From the NCBI GenBank assembly GCA_002068325.1, contig MVZH01000001.1, positions 1 through 60,335 of the forward strand: DNA of 60,335 nt, given 5' to 3'. A program made the translations under genes and the position numbers. Below the pieces are notes generated by a model. That model was given only the letters and a program-made list of their open reading frames with translations. It ran no database searches and was not told where the DNA came from. The DNA comes from Lentisphaerae bacterium ADurb.BinA184. GTDB lineage: Bacteria > Verrucomicrobiota > Lentisphaeria > Oligosphaerales > MVZH01. Each line of letters starts with the position of its first letter. The first letter of the stretch is position 1. This document shows, piece after piece, positions 38,201-40,100 of the stretch.

Positions 38201-38557
38201 GATATCCCCGCCCAGCCCGAGCCCCCGCGGGAGGCCGCCGCCGCAGCGCTCCCGCGTGAGACGGGCGACGGCGCTCCGACTACCGTGGCGGCCCCCGCCG
38301 CCGTGGGAGAGCCTTCGGTGATGACGGCGGACACACCCCGCGCCGTTTCGACGGGGAGTGCGCCGGGCAACGGCTCCCCCGCCGCCGTCACGCCGGCGCA
38401 GGCCGTGCGGGTTCCTGCGACGCCGGCCCAGCCGTGGCGCACGGCGGGCTTCGACTGGCTGACCGACTGCGGACGGGGCAGGCCCGGTGTCCACGGAGTC
38501 GCCGAGGAATTTCTCTGGCCGCAGAGGATGCGGGGCCGAGCGGGGGGATCGCGTTAG
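11216..38557 (+). CDS. giant (9,113 aa) multidomain surface/adhesin-like protein
   Basis: Continuous ORF in the track. GTG 11216 is the first canonical start after the in-frame TAG at 11183-11185, with AGGTG 7 nt upstream. The sense frame shows coherent tandem domain signatures from end to end (see sub-features). Stop TAG is at 38555-38557. Confidence 0.9.
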   Translation: MASDQQRRRFELERLEPRVLLDGAGVTPLPDVEVAAPAPDAAVVAEATDADLTARPESLGDLYNPGAQLDDLFAVATEPTDAQAQDRTPAPAGARDAQADLAFVGNLSVSPADIEPGGVVSVWYQAKNIGTAATDASGWYDQFYLSADDQWDSADTWLGYWWRWTGLAAGASYSSPGASLTLPTDAPPGPMFVLARLDALGQASESNEANNVAARAVTILSTTGSTVNLVASTTVTDPIPVAAGGEVSFDFTVTNAGTGTSGSYWYDEVRLSDDAVFDPAEDDGISELWPGALPLGLDGFYTTPVTVRLPADVTPGIHYLLVRADASDYQPESDETDNIAVVPVSVWLPDVNLAIVGLPTVDPASAGVGDTVTVRYSITNAGTAATTAEPWWDFVYLSTDPVGDWGDRQLAQVQQSAPLEPDATRDVEQTFAVPSGVPCGPLYVVVKVNGGLNQPETDWTDNAGASDFTLVGPDVDLQPTITQAPPAEITLGTMFRLKWTVTNAGTAATTATSWYDYIYFSTDEVYDAADTQITRSKNPSGLAGGASYLKDLSVSTPSGVGGPGYILIVSDRGYAQAESDEGNNTVAAPTTLIGANLVAADLVAPPVGDWSQTIEVSYRVTNTGTAAVAGSWTDNVYLITEATPGEVHSVGQFTRSDPLAPGEWIEYTSPVTLSTEYLGSVQLVVNTDSFRTVTELDEDDNQSAPVPLEIRAPNLTMRPPGSPPATLVVGSTVTLEWQVENTGTAATGGAWRDEVYFSRDAGLGGESDYLVWGVERPAGGALVPGAVDSVSATFQLLGIPTGTGYLICVTDARATQIELNETDNAQAFPVTVQSAELAAASFTLADETLHAGSDVTVGWTVQNLGDAAPPTDWIDTIIIENLTAGTTLATIPVPYSLAVEGAIPPGGSRDRSVQIHIPAASPWVGDLRVTVRVNGVPDGAGGYARAFDETDAAGVVYGNNAQTLTRECTPPPFYVDLREGAVQATPSPAYQGQGVTLSWTLSNAGNLDLDRPFDEFVRVVNTTTGATLLEQVVPYDPAVAGALAAGGSLQRQLEFALPAGADGVGGMTVTVTADRDAGGAGTIEEYYPDVDAEANNAASTTFTALALPPADLAVTALSVVAHEGRTTPRKADVSWTVSNVGMEDAAKLWYDLILLSANAVAGDADDIEVDWFQQAAGLEAGKSVVQTETVWLPDDLDGTYYFFVVADAEAELADPDRSNNTSAPFAFALFTAHADLNALSVTAPATGASGQPVELTWTVRNDGNSPNNDSWYDAFYVTAGEAYSNALYMGSARNDVTLAVGETHEFTASLELPDGISGTYYVWVLVNRWDWVDELGKTGNNLRRATDPITVSLTPAPDLEVVSVTAPAYANRGEKMTVSWEVVNNGPGVVAEGSWHDLVYAVPVGGTLARDGIELSYQYGNGDPPLPDGGRYTLSAQFYLPQPNALPDGDYTIYVVADGDEDVYEAGIEANNAVPAGHLTGIGWAELGATVVAAPAEATSYTTIHATFEVQSHGGAGAQAPWVDRAYASPRGDALILSQSQRLAEFAIAGPLPPGSSYQREVAWEIPLTAQGTWYIWYVTDADNAVPEYGPGTPESRPNEVAAPVAVTLWPYADLAVTALDAPAPVCGEPPVFTLSWTVGNQGTGRGITEAWTDRVYISPRPAGEYSLHWTTFDFPHSGGLDAGASYTRTETITLPDGFSLDARYYLYVVTDVSDDVFENASEANNTAALPEPFDVYRAPWWDLEVTDVQAPATAGNGETISVSWTVENRGTALTDKAFWYDHADLYERHTDGQGNPYYTQVDLNVGYRELLASVLHSGALQPGGQYTVTATMQIPWGIAGEFYIGVECTHWEYINDGDRWFYRPITIEERPAPDLAVTAVTVPHDALVGEWVDVTWTVTNLGEATAIPSWRDGVQFIHPDAPPSSWPTWLDRFDYEQPLGPGLSYTRTERIRLPETYSGLGRLNPGDYRLAIRLDINGAVYEADESNNDSRNNPAFDTTIHLDLPDRPDLRVAQATAPDSVTAGATFAVEFDVINQGSAAALGDWDDAVYLSTDAEWGYDDLLLGRFPNQAALNVGESYRTLTGSFTMPLSFRGEGFLILRTDDESVIEEYPNEDNNVLVRPIEAIPLPPPDLVVSDVVAPTQAFENRSIQVSFTVTNRGPGPTVSEYWTDTVWLTVMPTSPLLLKNPEGWDVPPEAKRYFLLGSASHTGSLAPGESYRATLTVTLPEHLAGERFITPYTDTYGREFEDTQSDWINPDDPNTPDNNNFKARPISVMLRPAADLVVTAIVPDATGDCTHPFTVTWTVTNLGNAPTDRTRWTDLVWITDDPDLEYHGGGTGQLFDPDRVHEGALEPGASYTVTRTFDLAPDDHAHYVLVGTGYDTWQENGSYGSPYEGPQIESNPAWQNNVSVAATVVTPVASDLVVSTVEVAPAAFSGEALTVRWTVTNLGADVWDGGYHRGGWSDTIYLSQSPVFGAAGSGTNTTLGEYRRPVRLNHGASYQQQVTVALPGGIGGDYYIHVVADSPDGFVSYLDPDDPLGEGYVVAARDGGIVYEGGWIEPEVNGGTERVLDPRELNNANTAPLHITRAEIDLVMTAVVLPAGPLLGGQTVDIEYTVENQGLRDWDAYSLRPVDAEYWYDRFYLSADATLDFDDRCLGTAFLPVLFLPAGGSYTGTVRLTIPNDVEGELHLIGFTDSNLYGNLWPNAGGLGWEAYPSRVFCRQDEFDREFNNTIALPVTVVHVPMPDLQVTALDIPERVTAGQAFTVTWIVSNLGGDTTAGQASWGERIYLSRDALLELDADRQPRTLSALSAARPSALAAGASYTLTQTFEAPLDLVGEYYVIVITDPIVSPRNQPEGQVLEGGFEYNNTRASAQPLVIEQPPPSDLVVTQITVPATARVGDPITVSWTVRNDGENEAAARWTDAVYLSKDAVWDVGDALIGRADFPGLVRNAKIDYTLQPGETYAATLTAALTAAAPGSYRIIVRTDNAGYVYEDPDDANNATPSADTVAIAVDELVPGVPLDVTLARGGDRVYQIVVAEGETLRVRLTATDPNAANELFLRYGDVPNAILYDAVYTGGLAASQTLTVGDTRPGTYLLLVRNQAATSQTLAATLQADLLPLTIDDVEVDQGGDARYVTVTITGAGFKDGAQVKLVRPGIEEREAVGSRVLRGVTIQATFDLTGAVHGLYDLVVTNPGGEQAVVPYRFLVERALEPSVVVGLGGPYAVPFYTTGRFAFSIRNPGNVDLPYVSFTVAVPELGIVDGFYGRYLHSTTTVGGAPEVEGVPWAELDALANQGDGLLMAPGYITGLAAGATTGATLWTEIWPDLVPLVAQGMMIVPPPPEFEYFVVAAATPMTAAEFLAEQRAEAEVLRLAILEDTAAPEPLKSLASDADTFAGAYLLALEQSGVLRSEDLPTELRDAPAMVSLLSVLAAGVLAGPAGETLIAEGDLTAFFTQLRAWYGHDADSLYRTDFHPDDPDWTGYAEDPTMGVERIVLPNLDDLGPGLSADTALLAFRIWAHLSNSTGRHFLPEPMPLNIEAYLAMTASANRTARMDGPVGAGLEQFLPTGWPLPFTVSFENPATAVDTANEIRIVSEIDDSLGLRTFTLGDLQIGDVAVHLPAGRGYFQGDFDFTDERGFVLRVSAGMDVQTRIATWLVQAIDPATGEVLQDRNAGLLPPEDGTGAGGGFVSYSIEPLPTAATGDAVTAQARVFVGDRSPEETNTLTYALDTVAPVTQLTVTPSPADANELHLHWLASDDAGGSGVAAVSVYVSVDGGAWEAADLVDDGSGSGGVFVGETGRAYEFLALATDAAGNNEQAGPGVVVPNQPEPNLGSLPEVQTGSPSSDLGEAPAPSYEPSNSPLFAELEAGIPAAATGATPSEYAAVLAPLTAEAFATGIPSSSAGIGPLAIVELADESVLVSGGPSRSSLYRFTRFGGAAEAPFAELPYPVYDLALDADGRLWAATGGGPLLWLDAATGSVVNAYGDGVTQSVEIEPATGRLFVSMADGIAVFDPERATFTMVSGTRVGSLAFSPAGELWAALWPERGGVVVIGEDGSPTLKLEYDQAIDSLAFGQPGTDLADLLFVTTNGAGLSGAGGALIVVELRTLRSVVAAGGGTRGDIVIVTRDGRVLVSQSHQVDVLRPLFAPHVQSINPPDQVIVALPFTTLAITFDTDMNAGPATDAGSILNPDNYWVYGETLGPATVTAIAYDAATRTVQLTLAPLEPDVYQVRIRAAVASAAGLPMGEDYASSFTAASDFSSQVSMQLLNTRYDRRLAAITYDVQVTNIGDFDLRPPLMLVLTPDVFFGGEPADATGPDANGCWLLDLGAALDGTALEPGASTVLKPVSLNVPGGVATDYAHGVLALPYPNERPVIASAPVTAATAGAPYAYAVTAEDPDGIHLSFVLFEAPSGMTLDPATGLLAWSPDADSPSEAPVVLRAYDRRGGHAEQAFTVVVAGGNHVPQITLPAGPVQASEGVALTLPISVADADGDAISLGADNLPGGAVLDVAARVIRWTPGYDQAGTYKNVMVHASDGLRQASASLTIVVEPRNQPPQVTPIADVVVREGDRVSLFVRADDADGDPLRFHCPILPGGATLHPTTGLFEWTPGYTQAGQFSMTFAASDGHSIGTTTVAFTILNANGAPVFDDIGVFTVEEGQPLAFRAFAFDPDNPDFIPPDPTGDGAYTDLLGTDPTVIVAADGLPAGAGFDPTALYFDWTPAYTDAGTHVVTFTATDDGGGTGTPAVVQTTCTITVTNRNRAPEIAEFANLSLPVGATLAVPVAATDADGNPVVLAVDGLPAFAAFTDHGDGTGTLDLAPADGQRGNYALTVVATDNGDLEGRRAALSDSFTFIVTVEHPNESPVLSFTGDKAVAVGDTLSFLLYATDPDEDELTFSATGLPAGATLSPQVIYGHALVTWSPAEADLGSHAVTFRVTDSGNGNPALIAFDELSLQIVVRATNAAPTIEPAAPLEVTEEHLLEFAVVAADPDGDALTFSSTSLPPGATLDPATGVLRWTPNRQQAGNYTAVNITASDGTRSTPATFAIRVLNQNQAPRLAYRPALAIREGEAFSTTLAASDYDGDALSFSTAAPLPAGATLDPATGTFAWTPHSEQAGVYEVGLVVSDPGGMTDTMTVRFEVQNVNRAPVLVVSDHSVAIGTTLAFTLQATDADLGTVLTFAAAALPGGATLDPATGAFAWTPGPGQAGDFVVQFSVSDGIATTTLPMLVRAAVMPAPPAVFVSLTPSFPVTPGAAVSIRPLAASVADLATVRLFVDGEEVALDATGRAVIAAGAVGTHAVEAVVTDLDGLVGRGTATLCVRDPASNAPPSVSFDASLTGAVLTDATPLLATVEDTDLLEWRLEVTPLGRDTVVFAGSGRTPLAHAAAATLDPASLTNGFYTLRLTATDVTSRSASAQAVIEIAGTAKPGRCRRTDTDLTVAFAGGELALGHRFDSIAKDMPGTLGHGWSLAGCEFNVEGDTVELPFHDGTRLFVTFPDGTRAAFRFAPSEHSVPGLTWWTPAWVAESAVPAGWSLASVATLLTRGGTRFYDLRTGQPYQPAQFAADTRAWFTLTAPDGTRYDLAADGALAAVTRPGAGPLAFSGGAIDDGRGTAVSVPRDDAGRIMSLAATDGRRVTYEYDDAGDLVRVHASWVGASTLLGYDPADPHRLLLVANPDGTGESITDDGGHDTLPLAANLGPAADFAGHPVTGTIAAGELDRYTFVIRASEVLSSVTGTVHLGVEVGALSGGLVPAVPAILGMMPVWTLAEAGRSVALFALTTPGLFALDVTAATGNGDYRLALFVAGDANEDGRVDGTDAQILATAMGTHTGDPGYVPAADANRDGAIARHDADLLYAGFGFAANRPPVTQDSAAMTHTDLELRWAMTSLAADAEGDTVVFQVTGATHGTANLSADGTTVIFLPEPGYSGTASFSYVASDGYGASAPATLTVTVSDAPLIALDITTRRPRIDVGQGVTLLAVGDFADQAGVWLPPSYLAFTSHDPAVASVSSEGVLLGLTAGSGAVSITARGLAATTAFLVGDTATVTDAALAIFGIVVYPEAVTLPAAGGSRQILVGQDTANDTPDMHTAAAGTRYFLSVVGVVTVTPDGVVQAAGEGEAVVTVVYRMAEARVRVRVVQPIASGGSVGAAGGVVSTADGLSVALAPGALGEATAVSIEWATEGDLPMAAPGGASHNPVAFFDLDVGGAVMDQPAQFAVPLTGVPAGARVVFYRAAEFPAADGTMSQIWMEVDAGEVGDDGVARTTSPPYPGPYRGGSYCIDYYNVYSGMPCTGYVYLAGAHMIAGATMIAVAFNPINPWDGTGGAVDLIPGGFGTGLDIAQGLTSFARGVLMLHLPYGASTFELRLLQPEGGLTVLQSQVEIVPGGPSTFETVFVNDFDLDEPAPAIGSMRVELESGEPLLIITGERFLYAEDEAPLVEGHRLGTAAGDLAVWFEPATATTSSEDLRWAGEIVAFTDLGGGRGELRVRVPRHVALGLANVTVARRASRRSAGPDGELVWDHSRFYLSAPAQLRGDGRYVFFCSDAWGDEIAVITGLATPGGTGANELVATIPVGDPAVPFECPEDTAATGDNSRVYVTLRYSGAVAVVDAVALQQLDAYADDADDPATLGLNVIDLRAVVPGAEPYEVAIGPDSRYAYVGDYRQPLVYMLDIDPASPTYHTVVRTLNLGTDLAANGCRDLAFDSDGRYLFVAAPALERFAPLANYWGQPGTIMIYDLADQDAVAGGALEPPTQVLRVGRSPVGLSATTRADLMVYTDDEYDPGGFAILRKVGDLWEYHEHVGLQLGSQYDSLDVNNAVDVVVTADLRYAFIAAANTYIRGVYSHDPYLNPYLPAGGNVGIIRDPFLLFPEMQGRKNLVAATRSLPFSYTESLALSPDGAYLYVAYSGLRSVMVYDVAAMIAELESSLDVPYDQGYVLDVVAVNDLVDGYGTGTNPLIDVRADYRPIYDGPGGLPIFQVPGGDLNPRRPIVAGPNAHGLSSQQSFLRLLAPGVGTIAPNVPEFIWDLGGRVAASTLYVSVYPGGQGLFPDDVDPAHEHRIYEYTVAAGEATRVTLPDDLPLTRGQRYWWGIEVRLGDGTVHRKWQWFEVAPATVSGRYSSVTVITHDFAFSLGDQLPEWVGDLAKTVAQAGGGGSIMIYDRDSGEFRVANRVVPESGKPVILLPNWIKESDITDSGFAEAAADAFFAAMVRLDQQLGGELLSAPLHFVGHGRGAVVNSEIVQRLGVYFDGVGDIHMTTLDPHDFEQKALNLPVGEAIQLLEDIAGMLAGGPAGGLAVKIRRGLASLVGDTKLLSRILGVALDTIKWGDFKDPRVQTWSNVGFHDNYYQTLGAQEQPSQVEFTLTHNGRPIASADFDLELNGLAGFYSDLLSLQLPVPAVLAELLDINPVFVNFGINAPHERVWRYYAGTAGLNLAEFEVTGDDGQVLLRRAADVYDAETGEPLAMFEEFTDDDAWYVPPEMDAILPSTPWEGIGLGWAWSVLGGVTERRPAGATAPRVEVDDAEAGPVASVFNGDFSAGTENLRSRFPFAHEMPGWALHGGRGLVLDFGLATVDITDLFVWNLDPKGLLSKVMSAEDTAATVWMWDNLWQPLTEAILDEVLASGLDAIPAEWRGGAEYLMSLLGGEGVTAEEMVRAAREAIADNWWHDSQALFMGGEALTDRLYTQWDQLPDYFWLSGACPELLNALSTLDLMDRLTDFNAITHNRLYIPPDAHCLKFDVYAPLLVSPDVTIEVLFQSDDVAPMAEPLSVSLQFSLFNARTYSVPVPAEFRGKVGTFTLRVQGLDEPIPDFLAGKILGDTVSQMFFLDNIAFTDTCPPPGDEINEAPRLRADPMTAHENQTASFVFSFTDPDAQHWTWSVDFGDGTPPVSGTADAPGTVTVPHVFADDSPTGRFTAVVTLSDGVSETSASVENTVLNVAPTLDPVAEIVLDEGETLTLGGDTAWHFTDPGFGPLEAWTWSIAWGDGTTDGGAVTDTQPGAAGLDSDGWIGASHTYGDNRAAGEPYTAQLTVTDDDGGRATVAITIRVANVEPTLRPTANLTVNEGAVLTMPDIAFEDPGFASTETWSYTIAWGDGTTAEGAVLDCLRGRAGTPSLGRFAGDLGKVYADDGNYVVDVTVSDHDGGEATAQFTVTVRNVAPDLTVPADTLTVAKCTYLDLAGMLTFDDPGFGDSETFTFSVEWGDGTAPASGDVTDLTPGAPHVKTHGRLNLRHAWTASRPAGEFYTVTVTVTDDDGDTDTGVFQVEVRNVPPVLALLPDLLAATAGMPFSVVDFGRFTDSACEPALTATIDWGDGSVSGPFAATVDWRGGVGEGLRGTFDGTHTYAAEGLYTVAVTLSDGEATVTQHALAAVSGTAITAPVMLGYSPVLDLACDPLSGTLFAVTSMQILRLDAGDGTTVEPLAPLPDGLAEFAGLAWIDGALSLGGTPVPSGSLLLGTGGKVYALEPSRGAEIARVALAAPASPAGIAVMGGTLMVLGSDGDVYRVDPEDGHVVARFTPAGARAGEGDVAVAPDSGGLLIVSEAGGELRRVDPADGTIAGEYALTLFGLPANPTGIAFAAAPRLVFVDRSGAVRSLTLAAEDGPSGRTTVVSPFLAGAMQSTDADLSSRTTLVNGDFAVADPANPAFGWMTRGSVAVEAGAAVLTEDAQFHSQLAQTFVLPGGPVGLRFTVTLRQLGGAVDTRAGDAFEVALLTTDGLLPLAGTAAGLTLCDALINVQPDGRLFFAPRVTIPGLDASGGTLGRETAFTATVRLDGLPAGVAVTVFFDLLGFGAEEAEVAVTDVAVIPLDDIFGPVVTDVIVNGGAGQRSMVSRLDIVFSEDVGQTLSASDILLTRIETGVALPAADLAFVYDAAIHTATCTFPSLLAGSLDDGTFRLELKAADITDTLGNPLDGNGDGWNGDDYASDLFRFFGDGDGDHDVDVRDATALAPANLATAASQNYDPRFDYDGDGDVDFLDLRRFHTNYNASRTRDIPAQPEPPREAAAAALPRETGDGAPTTVAAPAAVGEPSVMTADTPRAVSTGSAPGNGSPAAVTPAQAVRVPATPAQPWRTAGFDWLTDCGRGRPGVHGVAEEFLWPQRMRGRAGGSR
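11516..20263 (+). repeat. 22 tandem CARDB-like modules (aa 101-3016 of the giant protein)
   Basis: Each ~120-150-aa unit starts with (P)DLxV. Each has a core such as FRLKWTVTNAGTAATTATSWYDYIYFSTD or ITVSWTVRNDGENEAAARWTDAVYLSKD, and ends with an acidic ..E(S/T)(D/N)E.NN stretch. I counted 22 units by eye. Confidence 0.8.
20264..20856 (+). other. PPC (pre-peptidase C-terminal)-like module followed by an IPT/TIG-like module
   Basis: The PPC-like part reads DELVPGVPLDVTLARGGDRVYQIVVAEGETLRVRL...GTYLLLVRNQ. The TIG-like part reads YVTVTITGAGFKDGAQVKLV...LYDLVVTNPGGEQAVVPYRFLV. Confidence 0.5.
22944..23675 (+). other. beta-propeller-like region 1 (NHL/SMP-30-like blades)
   Basis: Repeated blade-like strings: VYDLALDADGRLWAATGGGPLLWLD, VEIEPATGRLFVSMADGIAVFD, SLAFSPAGELWAAL, IVIVTRDGRVLVSQ. 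Confidence 0.45.
24338..26945 (+). repeat. 9 tandem cadherin-like / putative-Ig (dystroglycan-type) modules of ~97 aa
   Basis: Each unit reads ..A.D.DGD.L(T/S)FS...LP.GATLDP.TG.F.WTP...QAG.Y.V...V.D and ends N..(A/P)P. For example, AADPDGDALTFSSTSLPPGATLDPATGVLRWTPNRQQAGNYTAVNITASDG. Confidence 0.7.
27530..28270 (+). other. short RHS/YD-repeat-like fragment
   Basis: TDLTVAFAGGELALGHRFDSIAKDMPGTLGHGWSL resembles the opening of Rhs-repeat regions. FTLTAPDGTRYDL and GRRVTYEYDDAGDLVRV are YD-type repeats. The fragment is only ~245 aa. Confidence 0.5.
28649..28815 (+). other. dockerin-like (duplicated EF-hand Ca-binding) module 1
   Basis: DANEDGRVDGTDAQILATAMG ... DANRDGAIARHDADLLYAGFG. Confidence 0.6.
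29096..29650 (+). other. two Big_2-like (bacterial Ig group 2) modules
   Basis: The first reads VTLLAVGDFADQAGVWLPPSYLAFTSHDPAVASVSSEGVLLGLTAGSGAVSITA. The second unit ends GEGEAVVTVVYRMAEARVRVRV. Confidence 0.55.
30838..32000 (+). other. beta-propeller-like region 2 (YVTN/lactonase-type blades)
   Basis: Blade-like strings: SRVYVTLRYSGAVAVVD, PYEVAIGPDSRYAYVGDYRQPLVYMLD, RDLAFDSDGRYLFVAAP, GTIMIYDL, LALSPDGAYLYVAYSGLRSVMVYD. Confidence 0.5.
32579..33280 (+). other. lipase-like alpha/beta-hydrolase fold with a Ser-less nucleophile elbow (GHGRG)
   Basis: Landmark order: KPVILLPNW ... LHFVGHGRGAVVNSEIVQRL ... DIHMTTLDPHDF ... VGFHDNYYQT. Codons GGG CAC GGG CGC GGG lie at 32912-32926. Confidence 0.45.
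34757..36345 (+). repeat. 5 tandem PKD-like modules (~105 aa each)
   Basis: Cores read WSVDFGDGT, WSIAWGDGT, YTIAWGDGT, FSVEWGDGT and ATIDWGDGS. Each is followed by ...Y.V.VTV(T/S)D.DG and an NV(A/E/P)P boundary. Confidence 0.75.
38021..38185 (+). other. dockerin-like module 2
   Basis: GDGDGDHDVDVRDATALAPANL ... DYDGDGDVDFLDLRRFHTNYN. Confidence 0.55.
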
Positions 38558-39246
38558 CCGTTCAGCTCGCGGCGGATGGCGCGGGCGGCCTCGGCCGGGC
38601 TCGGGGCCTTGAGGATGGGGCGGCCGACGACGATGTAGCTGGCGCCGGCGCGGGCGGCCTCGGCCGGGGTCATCACGCGCGCCTGGTCGTCGTGGGCGGC
38701 CCCGGCTGGCCGGATGCCGGGCACGACCAGCAGGAAGTCCGGACCGCAGGCCTGCCGCAGGGCCGCGATTTCGAGGGCGGAGCAGACGACGCCGGGGACG
38801 CCGGCCGCCTGGGCCAGGCGGGCGAGGCGGACGACCTGCTCCTCGGGGGAGGCGGTGATGCCAACGGCACGCAGCTCGGCGGCGTCCATGCTGGTCAGCA
38901 CAGTCACGCCGAGGACGATGAGGCCGGTTTCGCGGGCGGCGTCGGCAGCGGCCTTGAGCATGGCGCGGCCGCCGCTGGCGTGCACGTTGGTGATGTCGGC
39001 GCCCAGGCTGGCGGCGGAACGGACGGCCTGGGCCACGGTGTTGGGGATGTCGTGGAACTTGAGGTCGAGGAAGACGTGTTTGCCGGCGGCTTTCACGGTC
39101 TGCACGGCGGCCGGGCCGAAGCGGGTGAAGAGCTGTTTGCCGATCTTGTACCAGGTGACGGCATCGCCGAGGGTATGGACGACGGCGGCGGCCTCGTCCA
39201 GGGTAGCGACGTCGAGGGCGACGATGAGTTCAGTCCGGCTGGCCAT
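38554..39246 (-). CDS. pyrF: orotidine 5'-phosphate decarboxylase
   Basis: 230 aa with LIVALDV, WYKIGKQLF, HVFLDLKFHDIPNTV and IVVGRPI, the classic PyrF motifs. Confidence 0.95.
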   Translation of the reverse strand: MASRTELIVALDVATLDEAAAVVHTLGDAVTWYKIGKQLFTRFGPAAVQTVKAAGKHVFLDLKFHDIPNTVAQAVRSAASLGADITNVHASGGRAMLKAAADAARETGLIVLGVTVLTSMDAAELRAVGITASPEEQVVRLARLAQAAGVPGVVCSALEIAALRQACGPDFLLVVPGIRPAGAAHDDQARVMTPAEAARAGASYIVVGRPILKAPSPAEAARAIRRELNG

Positions 39247-39967
39247 GTTGGCTCCGTGCGGTTGCGGGTTCGCGGTCGGGGCGGCCGTCGGGCGGGGTGG
39301 CGGGCAGGGCAGTGCAGTCGCAGATGGCGCGTGCGAGGAGGGCGGCGAGGAGGGTTAGGACGGCGGCCACGGCAGTCATGAGAAGGGCCCGGAGGCCGCC
39401 GTGGACGTTGCCCCAGAGGGCGCGCAAGGACTCGACAGCCTTGATGCGGAAGAGGGCCTGTTCGCCGAGGATGAGCAGGCCCACGGTGATGACGACGGTG
39501 AGGTTGCCGTAGAGCATGAGGATGCGGGCGAGGCGCGTCCAGCCGACGGCGGCGCGGTCCCCGGCGGCGGCGAAGAGCATGGCGAGGAGTCCGCACAGGC
39601 GGAACAAGTAGACGGCGGCCAGGCCCACCGCCATGGCGGCCACGACGGACACGTACAGGTTCGCGGGCAGGCGGGCCTGCCACGCGAGGAAGGGGGCCAT
39701 CGCCAGCACGGCCAGGGCGTCAACCTGCAGCCAGCGCACGGCCGGCCCCCAGGCGGCCGGGGCGCCGCCGCCCGTGGCGGGCAGGGCGAGGGTGGCGACG
39801 GTGACGGCGGCCAGCGGGATCAAGGCGAAGAGGGTCGGGGGCGGCGGCAGGATGACGGTGTGCCGCATTTCGTCGGCGACGACCAGGACGACACCGGTCA
39901 GCCCGCACAGAATGAGGGTCAGGCACAGGGCCAGGCGCCGGGCATGGTGGTGGCCGAAGTCGTTCAT
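39230..39967 (-). CDS. integral membrane protein (about 6 TM helices), function unknown
   Basis: ATG 39967. Hydrophobic helices include LALCLTLILCGLTGVVLVVA and ILMLYGNLTVVITVGLLILG. The 3' end overlaps the pyrF start by 17 nt, suggesting an operon. Confidence 0.65.
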   Translation of the reverse strand: MNDFGHHHARRLALCLTLILCGLTGVVLVVADEMRHTVILPPPPTLFALIPLAAVTVATLALPATGGGAPAAWGPAVRWLQVDALAVLAMAPFLAWQARLPANLYVSVVAAMAVGLAAVYLFRLCGLLAMLFAAAGDRAAVGWTRLARILMLYGNLTVVITVGLLILGEQALFRIKAVESLRALWGNVHGGLRALLMTAVAAVLTLLAALLARAICDCTALPATPPDGRPDREPATARSQHGQPD

Positions 39968-40100
39968 GCGGTCGGAGGCGTCGGCATGGCGCAGGGGGAG
40001 GGTCGCACGGCGTCCGGGAGTGGGTGCCCGGCAATCCGGTTGCGTTGCGGGCCGGGGCGGCGGCCGGGGCCTCGGGGGCCGGGCTGGGCGAGGCGCACGG

